The notes under the pieces were generated by a model, which was not told the origin of the DNA, made no database searches, and saw nothing but the letters and a program-made list of their open reading frames with translations. A stretch of DNA of 64,000 nucleotides from Macrostomum lignano (lineage: Eukaryota), in contig NIVC01000230.1 of assembly GCA_002269645.1 (NCBI GenBank), positions 682,001-746,000 of the forward strand. The letters run 5' to 3'. Positions 25,416 through 37,000 of this stretch are shown in pieces (the stretch's first letter is position 1; every line of letters begins with the position of its first letter). Position numbers and translations under genes: made by a program.

Positions 25416-28043
25416 ATGATGGAACTGCAAATTGCCGAATTGGAGCGGGCCACTCAGCTGGTGCAGCTGCCGCATCTCAGCCAGGCTGAGCGGCAGTCCG
25501 CCACCGACACCGTCATGGAGTTCCGGCGAGCTGCCCGGCCCTACGATTTGTGCCGCAGGCTGCTGGCTGCATCGGCTAATCCGCTGCTCATGTTTGAGGC
25601 TGCTAGCACGATGAGGCATGCTCTGCTGAGGGAGTGGCGAGACCTGCCTGCCGATGCCGTGGAGCAGCTCAGGGTGTCGCTGCTGCACCTGCTGGGAGAG
25701 AGGCGGCACGAACTGCCGGTTTTCGTGCGGGAGCAGGTGGGATGGGCGGGTGGGGTGTGGGACTTTGTAGGTGGGGTGTGGGATTGGGTAGGTGGGGTGT
25801 GGGATTGGGTAGGTGGGGTCTGGGATTGGGTAGGTGGGGTGTGGAATTGGGTAGGTGGGGTGTGGGATTGGGTAGGTGGGGTCTGGGATTGGGTAGGTGG
25901 GGTGTGGGATTGGGTAGGTGAGGTGTAGGACTAGGTAGGTGGAGTATGGGATTGGGTAGGTGGGGTCTGGGATTGGGTAGGTGGGGTCTGGGATTGGGTA
26001 GGTGGGGTGTGGGATTGGGTAGGTGGGGTGTACTGGGTAGGTGGGGTCTGGGATTGGGTAGGTGGGGTGTGGGATTGGGTAGGTGGGGTGTACTGGGTAG
26101 GTGGGGTCTGGGATTGGGTAGGTGGGGTGTGGGATTGGGTAGGTGGGGTGTACTGGGTAGGTGAGGTCTGGGATTGCGTAGGTGGGGTGTGGGATTGGGT
26201 AGGTGGGGTGTGGGATTGGGTAGGTGGGGTGTGGGATTGGGTAGGTGGGGTGTGGGATTGAGTAGGTGGGGTAGGTGGGATGGGTATTGGGGGGGTGGGA
26301 TTGGGTAGGTGGGGTGTGGGATTGGGTAGGTGGGGTGTGGATTGGGTAGGTGGGGTGTGGGATTGGGTAGGTGGGTGTGGGATTGGGTAGGTGGGGTGTG
26401 GGATTGGGTAGGTGGAGTGTGGGATTGGGTAGGTGGGGTGTGGGATTGGGTAGGTGGGGTGTGGGATTGGGTAGGTGGGGTGTGGGATTGGGTAGGTGGG
26501 GTGTGGGATTGGGTAGGTGGGGTGTGGGATTGGGTAGGTGGGGTGTGGGATTGGGTAGGTGGGGTGGGATTGGGTAGGTGGGGTGTGGATTGGGTAGGTG
26601 GGGTGTGGGATTGGGTAGGTGAGGGGTAGGACTAGGTAGGTGGAGTGTGGGATTGGGTAGGTGAGGTGTAGGACTAGGTAGGTGGAGTGTGGGATTGGGT
26701 AGGTGGGGTCTGGGATTGGGTAGGTGGGGTCTGGGATTGGGTAGGTGGGGTGTGGGATTGGGTAGGTGGGGTGTACTGGGTAGGTGGGGTCTGGGATTGG
26801 GTAGGTGGGGTGTGGGATTGGGTAGGTGGGGTGTACTGGGTAGGTGAGGTCTGGGATTGCGTAGGTGGGGTGTGGGATTGGGTAGGTGGGGTGTGGGATT
26901 GGGTAGGTGGGGTGTGGGATTGGGTAGGTGGGGTGTGGGATTGAGTAGGTGGGGTGTGGGATTGGGTAGGTGGGGTGTGGGATTGGGTAGGTGGGGTGTG
27001 GGATTGGGTAGGTGGGGTGTACTGGGTAGGTGGAGTGTGGGATTGGGTAGGTGGGGTGTGGGATTGGGTAGGTGGGGTGTGGGATTGGGTAGGTGGGTGT
27101 GGGATTGGGTAGGTGGGGTGTACTGGGTAGGTGGGGTGTGGGATTGGGTAGGTGGGGTGTGGGATTGGGTAGGTGGGGTGTGGGATTGGGTAGGTGGGGT
27201 GTGGGATTGGGTAGGTGGGGTGTACTGGGTAGGTGGAGTGTGGGATTGGGTAGGTGGGGTGTGGGATTGGGTAGGTGGGGTGTGGGATTGGGTAGGTGGG
27301 GTGTGGGATTGGGTAGGTGGGGTGTACTGGGTAGGTGGGGTGTGGGATTGGGTAGGTGGGGTGTGGGATTGGGTAGGTGGGGTGTGGGATTGGGTAGGTG
27401 GGGTGTGGGATTGGGCACGTGGGGTGTACTGGGTAGGTGGGGTGTGCGGCAGTCACCTGTGCGGTTGGCTGATGTGGGTGCAGGTGACGAACCCATCCTT
27501 ACTGAATCTTTACTCCGCGACTGTCTGTCTCTCCCAAGGTGCTGCTGGCCGTGTGCACCATGGCGAAGCTGTGCGACACGCCCAGCCGTATGGTGGACGA
27601 GATGGAGCAGCTGCTGACCCAGCCAAACTCGGATCGAGCCGCCCAGTTGCTGGGCTGCGCCGGCCTTCGCGCCTTGCTAAACGAATACCAGCTGGGCAGG
27701 TGCGGCCTGGCCTGGGAGGAGCACGTCAAGCGGAGGCGCCAGTTCGAGGAGGCCGGCCTGTTGAGAGCCTTCGTGCTGTGCGTTCGCTGCGCCGCGGCGT
27801 CGGCTACTAGCTCAGAGTTTGTTGCTTCTAATGCCGATCTGCTGCTGCCGCTGCTGCAGGCAATGGAGTGCGCGCTTAGCTGGGATTTCCTGCCTAAGAG
27901 GCTGCCAAGGCGGCTGGCTGGATTGCAGGTAACATGAGTGTGCGCCGTTGGCTCGCTTTGGTTGCCAATGTGTTTATCAACCAGTCACTCAGTCAGTATT
28001 CCTCACTAATAATCTGTCAATTGATCAATCAATATATTACACC

Positions 28044-28079
<36 letters not shown>

Positions 28080-31000
28080 CTCAGTCAATCAATCAATCAC
28101 TCAGTCAATCAATCAGTCAATCAATCAATCACTCAGTCAATCAATCAGTCAATCAATCAATCACTCAGTCAATCAATCAGTCAATCAACCAATTAATCAA
28201 TCACTCAGTCAATCAATCAGTCAATCAATCAATTAATCAATTGTTGTAACCCGGGTCGGCTTGGGTGCCCAGTCCCGAGTACAATATATATTATATGTGA
28301 TATAACAGGCGTTGTGACGCTCTGTCTGTACTTTTATGAATACGACGAGCAGGCGTGGCGACGCTCTGCGATAATAATTCGATCCCTCTGGTGTTGTGAC
28401 ACTCAGAGTTCACGCTGCGGCTCGAGGTGTGGTGACACTCTCGAGTGCTTCTATTCTCTATACCGTAGGGCGTACGCAATATATATGGTAAACGGTACCG
28501 TACTACAGAAGCTATATGGTCTCCCGGCGTTATGACGCTCTGGCAAGAATTCGGCCTAGCAAGCTTCCCGAAAAGAAAGGACTCAAACAGCAGGCGGCTT
28601 ACCAGTGGCCAGATGACTGTTCACCGTTTATTATTCGCAGGTCTCAAGCGCAGTTTCCGACTTCTTCTTAATTCTCCAAGACTCTTCTCAATTAGGCTAT
28701 TGTGTTTCTTTTATCGAAGTAGCTAATGTTGCTGTTTCTTTTATCGAAGTAGCTAATGTTGCTGTTTCTTTTATCGAAGTAGCTAATGTTGCTGTTTCTT
28801 TTATCGAAGTAGCTAATGTTGCTGTTTCTTTTATCCAAGTAGCTAATGTTGCTGTTTCTTTTATCCAAGTAGCTAATGTTGCTGTTTCTTTTATCCAAGT
28901 AGCTAATGTTGCTGTTTCTTTTATCCAAGTAGCTAATGTTGCTGTTTCTTTTATCGAAGTAGCTAATGTTGCTGTTTCTTTTATCAGGTCTCGCGCTTGC
29001 ACTCTCGGAGCACACCAAAACACAAAAAGCACGCAGGTGGTGGGCAAGAGCCAGAGTCGCACCATAAATAGCACCCAAACCCTGGGGCAGACGGCCCACC
29101 GGCTAAGCTCACCAAAACAAACCACGCCGGCCCAGCCAATCAAAACCCCGCCTAAGGGGGGAGGGGCTGCACCCGCGCCAAAGCTGGCCCGGCCGCAGCC
29201 AACCAGCCCTGAGCACGGGGCAGGGGCACGGCTGGGGAGGGGCACGCGCAAAGCCCGGCCGGCGGCCAAACCCTGCCACGCCCGCCAACCCCCCCCAACC
29301 AGCCCCAAAGTGCAACGCGCCCTGCCAACTGACAAGGGCGCATGCACTACACCCTCCCCTCCTAAAAAAAAACAGGGCGGAGCTCGAACCACGGCGACTG
29401 GGATTCCAAATTTCAAATAACAAAGCAAAAAAAATCAAAAACAACAAAAAAATTGGAAACAAACTAATGCAAAAAAAAGAAAAATGATTGCCGCAAAAGA
29501 AATATAAAAAAAAATACTGGTTTTCTGCACGCAAGTTCGTCAGAGCAACCACGGGGCACGGAATAGGCTTTACATCAAAGCTGGCGCCACAGAAAACCAT
29601 CGCAGGTGGCCGGCAGGACGCGCAGGTGGCCGGCAGGAAGTGCAGATGGCCGGCAGGGCACGCAGGTGGCCGGGCGGGACGCGCAGGTGGCCGGCAGGAA
29701 GTGCAGATGGCCGGCAGGGCACGCAGGTGGCCGGGCGGGACGCGCAGGTGGCCGGCAGGAAGCGCAGATGGCCGGCAGGAAGTGCAGATGGCCGGCAGGG
29801 CACGCAGGTGGCCGGGCGGGACGCGCAGGTGGCCGGCAGGAAGTGCAGATGGCCGGCAGGGCACGCAGGTGGCCGGGCGGGACGCGCAGGTGGCCGGCAG
29901 GACGCGCAAGTGGCCGGCAGGACACGCAGGTGGCCGGCAGGAAGTGCAGATGGCCGGCAGGGCACGCAGGTGGCCGGCAGGACACGCAGGTGGCCGGCAG
30001 GAAGTGCAGATGGCCGGCAGGGCACGCAGGTGGCCGGCAGGAAGCACAGATGGCCGGGCGGGAAGCGCAGGTTGCCGACGCAGAAGCCGGCAGGAAGCGC
30101 ACGTGGCCGCCGCAGAAGCCGGCAGGAAGCGCACGTGGCCGCCGCAAAAGCCGGCAGGAAGCGCAGGTGGCCGCCGCAGAAGCCGGCAGGAAGCGCAGGT
30201 GGCCGCCGCAGAAGCCGCTGAGCCATTCCCCCAGGAAGCTTGACCCCACTAGCAAGCAAATAAACCCATACAGTACGAGCGTAACAACATACATACAAGT
30301 AAGCAGAAAATACAGTATGAATCGGAACTGGGCACCCTAGCGAACCCGAAGTCCAGGGAGACCGACGCAGCTTTTCAGGACCTCGAGCAGCCTGCCGGGC
30401 CGGCGCAAACCGAACAGCGGGATGAGCTCGTGACAGAGCTGTCGGACGAAACAATCAAAACTCTGCCTAGACCAGTAACGGCGGCCTGCTCTCTGACGCT
30501 TTACCGGAGCGATATCTCTGCGGATGAAGAACAACGCCTGCAGCAGGACCATTGACAGTGCGCTCCTCGGTTCTCGCTGCGAGTCTCGAAACAGCCGTCT
30601 CATAGCCGTGAGCACTGACACGATTCCGTCCGACTGTCCAGCCAAAATATGCTTCATCAAACGATGGCGGAGCTGACGCGCAGCTGCCGATAACGACAGC
30701 TTTTCATCATCCCATATTGCTCCCGACGCGCGATGTGAGACAACCTCCTTGCTTTCCGGTACATCGATCTCCATAGCTTCTGACTCACTACTTCCGGAGG
30801 AGCCATCCGATGCCAGCAACTCGTCTTCTTCTTCTGTGTCGATGCTACACTCATCCGACTCCTCGCTCTCATCGTCGTCCGAGATTAGAATGTAGCCATC
30901 CGCTTCGTAATCGTTCCTCTGTCCCTGTCTCCCCTGCCTGAGACCAGCTTCCTTGCGCTGAGCTTCTTCAACTTCTCGCCTTTGCTGTACTCCCTCTTCG

Positions 31001-34000
31001 ATGTCCGCCGGCATTCTTACACCAGTAGGAGGTATGAACGTCATTGCGAAGGTTACAGCCTCGTCATACGGGATTGATTTATCGCCCAACTGGTCGTACA
31101 TCGCTCGGCGATATGGACACGATAGAATTCTACCAGCAGTCTCAATTTCTTGGAAACGGCGTCCTGCGAGTTCCTTGTCCGGGTGCTTGTCCGGGTGCCA
31201 GAAGAGCGCTAGCTGTCGATAGACTCGCCTGATCTCGGCACGTTCGGCTGTGTGTCCGACTTGGAGGACAGCGTACAAATCCATCTGCAAAGCAACGTAC
31301 TCAAACCTGCGACACACTGTCCCTGACTCCAGATTCTACTCCTGCTCCCCTCTTGCCAGAGCGTCATCTCCTCGGACCGTGGCCCGCGGTACCCTGCATC
31401 GTAAAGTCCCAGCGCAAATTCGAGTTGTCACCGGATGCCAGTCCGAATACCCTCCACCGATGCATAGATTTTGTAGGCAAAATTTGATTCTCGTCAAAAC
31501 TTCGATGAAGATGCGATTAAAATGACTTAATGACGCATTAACGAATTTCTTGAATGACGCATTGGCGAACTGCTCGTACTCATGATGAATGATGCATTGA
31601 TGAAGTACTCGTATTTATGATGAATGACGCATTCGCGAAATATTTTTCTGGCTTTTAACGATAATCGCATATGAAACTGATGAGACTTCACGATGACGAG
31701 TAACCCATTAGAATGTCACTGGCTGGCCGTAGCGATCCGGCGGCCGTCGCAACCTTCCGGACCTTCGAGGCTCAGGTGCAGCTTCCACCGGGTTATGAGT
31801 AGGCTGCGGGTCGTCAACCAACTCCATCTGCTCTTCCAGCACCTCGGCGACTTCCTCAGCGTCCTGTGGCGGCATCAGTTGAGGCCGAGTCCAAGTCTCG
31901 CCTTCCGCATCTGCCTCCGAGTCCGTCTCGTCGACCACTTCCGGCGGTGCCGCGGTCCTAACTGGTGTTTCCAGGGCGGCCGGTCGAGCGAACTTCCGGA
32001 GGTTGTTGAAGTGGACGAACTTCGACTTTTTACGATTTGACGGGTTTTCCACTTTGAAGAGCACCTCGGATCTTCTTTCGAGCACCTTCACTGGGCCGAG
32101 CCAGCTTACGTGAAACTTTGCGGCTTCGTCTGGTTTCAGGGCGGGGCTGTAGACGAAGACATGGTCACCCTCCTGAATATCGGATCCTCGGGTTCTTTTA
32201 TCGTACTGGTCCTTCTGTCGCCGCTGATAAGTATTCAACTGCTGTCGAGCAGCGCGATGAGCTGTCTGCAATTTGTCTTCTAGCTCCTTGACGAAATTTA
32301 CATGCGAATCGACAGGCTGTGGCGGCTGGTCAGTCAAGTCTATCGGTAGGCGCATCTCCGTGCCATAGACCATGTAGTGGGGAGTATAACCCGTTGCTCG
32401 ATGCACGCTTGATCGGTACGCCATTAACGCAGAGCTGACGAATTCTTCCCAGTCGTTTCGTCCTGAGTCCTCTAGGCAGCACTTGAGGATGGATTTTAAA
32501 CTTTTATTGAAGTTTTCTACTTGTCCATTTCCGCTCGGATGATAAGCTGTTGTTCTGGACTTGCGGATCTCGAGTATCCTGCACATTTCGCGCATCACTT
32601 GCGATTCGAAGTTTCTTCCTTGGTCGCTGTGCAAAGTACTCGGACACCCATGCTGGCTAATCCATCGATTGAAAAGCGCCCTTGCCACCGTCCTTGCCTT
32701 CTGGTTGCGAAGCGGGTACGCGTCAGGCCACTTCGTAAACGAATCTTGGACTGTCAGGAGATAAATGTTTCCAGCCTTACTCCGCGGTAGCGGCCCGACA
32801 ATGTCCATCATGACGCAATCGAATGGTGCTGCGAATGTCAACGGTTGCAGGGGTGCTCGGTTTCGCTTGCCCGGCTTTGACTTGCAGCAGGTGGCACAAC
32901 CGCGAATATATTCTTCAATGGCACGAGACAATCCTGGACGCCAGTAGCGCTGAAGCACTTTAAATTTTGTCTTCGCAAAGCCCATGTGGCCACCTCCCAC
33001 TCCCTCGTGTAGGTTTTCAAGATACGATCCAATGCCTTTCGTGGCAGCACCATTTGATACTCATCGCGCCTGTCTTTGTTTCTCACAAGGAGCACGTTCT
33101 CTTGCAGCACCAGGTCGTCTTTTCGAGTCCAGACGGCTCTAGCCAGTGGACTCCAAGCTGTCTCGCTTTTATCTGGAACTGGGTTTGAGCCAAGCGCTTC
33201 CTTTACTGTTCTCAAATCGTCGTCTTGATCCTGCTCGCTTGCCAGATTGCCGGCTGAGAATCGTTCAAATTCGACTGCATTTAGTCCTTCTGGATGCTGC
33301 GCACATGCCGGGCATGTCTCCGCTCCGAAATGTCTCCGTACTGGCTTCCTCGACATTGCGTCCGCGTTGCCATGCGATCGACCTGGTCTGTGAACGATGC
33401 GGTACTGAAATGGAGCCAACTTCTCCAACCAGCGAGCAACCTGTCCCTCGGCGTCACTGAAGTTTTTTAACCATTGCAGGCTGCTGTGGTCCGTTCGCAG
33501 ACAGAACGCTTTTCCAAGCAGATAGTATCTGAACTTCATGATGAAAGTCACAACCGCTAGTAGTTCTAAACGAGTCGTACAATAGTTGCGTTCGGCTTGA
33601 TTTAGTGTCTTGGACCCATAGGCGATCACTCGTTCTGCTCCATCTGGCTGGACTTGAGAAAGTACCGCTCCTATGCCCATCTTCGAACTGCCATCAGTAT
33701 CGAGGATAAACTCTCCGGCATCCGGGGAGAAATCCGGATGAGCCATAACCTCTGAACTTGTCATTCGTTCCTTCAATGTTTCGAACGCCAGCTGCTGTTC
33801 CGTTTTCCATTCAAACTTTGCGTCTTTTGTTGTCAATCGAGTTAGAGGCGCTGCTATTGCGGCGAAATCTTTAATAAACTTTCTGTAATAGCCACACAGG
33901 CCCAAGAATGAATGCAGCTCCGTCGAGGATCGCGGTGTTGGCCAGTTCTTCACTTCTTGAACTTTCTCCTCATCGGTACTGATGCCAGCAGCCGACAGCG

Positions 34001-37000
34001 TGTGACCGAGAAATTTCACTTGCTTTTGCAAAAAGTGACACTTCTGGGGCTTCAGGCACAAATTTGCTTGCCGCAACTTGCTGAATATTTCCTCCAGTCT
34101 TCTCAGGTGTTCATCCACGTCGGTTGACCAAACCAGTAGATCGTCGATGTAGACGAGACAGGTTTTCCACATCTGCTTGTCCAGAACGGCTGCCATCAAC
34201 CTGGTGAATGTTGCTGGGCTGTTCACTAAGCCGAACGGCATAACCTTCCATCGAAATTGTCCGCGATGCGGCACTGCAAACGCCGTCTTGTCCTGATCCT
34301 GAGGTCTCACCCCTACTTGCCAAAACCCGCTGTGAAGGTCCATTGTCGAGAAGATCTTGGCTCCGTGTACTGCCTCCAGCGCATCATCGACCCTCGGCAT
34401 CGGCACTGCATCCTTGACGGTGACCTCATTCAACTTCCGATAATCGACGCACATCCTCATTTCCCCTGATTTCTTCTTTACGCACACCAAAGGAAAGCAC
34501 CATGGTGACTGTGCTTCTTCGATCTGCCCCTTTTCAGCAACTCGTTGACTTGACGATCTACTTCTGGCTGTAAGTGGGGAGGCAGACGACGCGGTGGGAT
34601 CTTGATTGGGCGCGCATTCTCGGTGTTAATTTCATGCTCCACCACGGTAGTTAACTTGCTTGAAGTCTGCTTGGTCGTGAACACGTCGCTGTAACTCCGG
34701 ACAAGGATTCTAAATTCTTCGTCTTCTTTCGTCGACAGTCCACAGTCGCCGTTCGAGTTTGGTAGCAAGTCTGCTTCCGAAGGGCTGTTGCTGCCTTGGA
34801 CCTTCGGCTCTTCCTGTGGATCGTCTCCTGACTCTACGGCTAAGAGCTTGATGGTGTTCAACGGTTCGGTGGATTCTAGGGGGCAGAACCACCCGAGCGT
34901 ACAACCTTGGCGAATTCTGACTGGCTCTTCCGTGATATTGATGAGTCGAGTCGGCAGACGGCTGCCGCTATTTGGGATCACTAAGGCCTTAGCAAGCCAG
35001 CGGCCAGCTGCCAAATCGTTCGCTCCGAGATTCTCAGTTAGACCGACACACCCTCTGTTCCGTCGTCCTTTGCTCTCCAGCCTTGCTGACAGAACTGCTT
35101 GATGACCTGGCGGTATTGTGCTGGACCTTGTCGCCAAAATTCTGCAAACGATCGGGCGCTCAGCTTGCCATCGGAACGGGATTGCAGTGTCCTGCACTGA
35201 AAAGACAGCTGTCTTGTAGTCGATGACGCAACTGTTGTCCCTGCAGAAGTCGGATCCCAATACCAGTTGGTACTTCACTCCGCTGACTACCAAGGCTGGA
35301 GTATCTATTACTTTATCAGCGATTGACAGTCGCAACAGGACTGTTCTCTCGATTTCGATCGGGCTGCCGTTTGCTAAGCTAACATAGCCTTCAGCACCGG
35401 CCAAATCTCTGACGCTCTGTTTCGGCATACTTTGGTAGGCTTCCCGTGAGATAATGGTGCAGGAAGCTCCCGAGTCCACTAGCGCGTTCACCCTCCGCCC
35501 TGCGATTGAGGCCGTAACAAATATCGACGCAGGATTGATTTGAATTGACTGAGGTGCGTTGACGGTGATTGGGCGCTGCGACTGTGCAAAACCGGCTAGT
35601 TGATGGTGAGGTGCAGTACCGGACGCTGGAGGCTGATGAGGCACTGTAACGGACACTGGATGCTGATGAGACTCAGTACCGGACACTGTAGGCTGATGAG
35701 GCGCAGTACCGGACACTGGAGGCTGATGAGGCACTGTACCGGACACTGGATGCTGATGAGACACAGTACCGGACACTGGAGGCTGATGAGACGCTGTACC
35801 GGACACTGGATGCTGATGAGGCACTGTACCGGACACTGGAGGCTGATGAGGCGCAGTACCGGACACTGGATGCTGATGAGGCGCAGTACCGGACGCTGGA
35901 GGCTGATGAGGCGCAGTACCGGACACTGAATGCTGATGAGGCGCAGTACCGGACACTGGATGCTGATGAGGCGCAGTACCGGACGTTTGATGATGATGAG
36001 ATGAGATGACGACTTGTTCGGAGGCTGACGAATTGCAGGGGCTCACTTGCCTCCAGCTGGTGGGCCCCTCTTGCCTTTTCCCGGCTTTGGGCACTGGAAT
36101 GAGAGATGGCCTATCTCCCCGCAGTTGTAGCACTTGACACCGCTACGCTGCTTCGAGCTGGACGGAGCCGCCTGCTTGGATTGTTGCTTGTCTTGAAGAC
36201 CGGGTTCGGGCGGCTCCTGCTGGCCCTGCTGGATCTGCTCCATCCGTCGGATCTTTTCTTCCATTTCCTTTACTTTTTGACGCAGTTGCCGTAGCTCCTC
36301 GTCTTTGCCGGTGTCACCTGTCGACGTTTCGGTGGCAAAGGCATTCAGCCCAGCCCTGGGTCTGGCTTTGGACTGGGTCGAAGACGCCTTCTGGGCTGCT
36401 TCAAGTTGTCTTACTGTTCGAATGGCATCGGTGAGGTTGACCGGCTGCTGCAGGTACAGTCTTTCTCGGACAGTGTCGGTTACTCGAACGCCTTTTAGAA
36501 ATCTGTCTTTCGCCAGCTCTGTCCTGGTGTTGGCATCCGCGGTGGGGAAGGCATTGCGCACCAACTCCAGCAGCTCGTCCCCGTAGGTCTCCACAGACTC
36601 CTTGTCTAGCTGATCTCGATTCGATAATTCAAAACGGTAGTCCTGGGCTGTTCTGTTCATGGTGAACCGCGCCAGCAGTGCATCCGTGAATTCCCCGTAC
36701 TCGATGTCGTCTGCCAAGTCCAGCTTATCAACGGCAGCGTAGGCTGTTGTGAGGTCGAGTAGGCCGATCAGGTGCGGCCGCCTGGCTTCTTCTTCTATAC
36801 CGACAGCCTCGCAGTACTCGTTGAAACTCTGCAGCCATAGGCTGAAATTCATCGTTGGTATGTACTTGGGCGGCTTCGAGAGTCGTGGCGCTGCTCGGTC
36901 GGCGTTGGCTCTGAGGCGCGCAGCCAGCGCATCGATCAGTTGGTCCATAGCTTGATCACCCATGGCCGAAGTCACTGAATACCGTTGCTACTCTTTACTC

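Noticed and set aside
29488-30454. GC-rich ORFs of 190-340 aa on both strands in the retrotransposon 3' UTR as a fourth gene
   Set aside because: They arise from a stop-poor tandem array, overlap in multiple frames and lack any domain signature.
30337-31284. ORF3 as env or as a polyomavirus T-antigen-like Rb binder
   Set aside because: No signal peptide, furin site plus fusion peptide, or TM anchor; no LxCxE motif.
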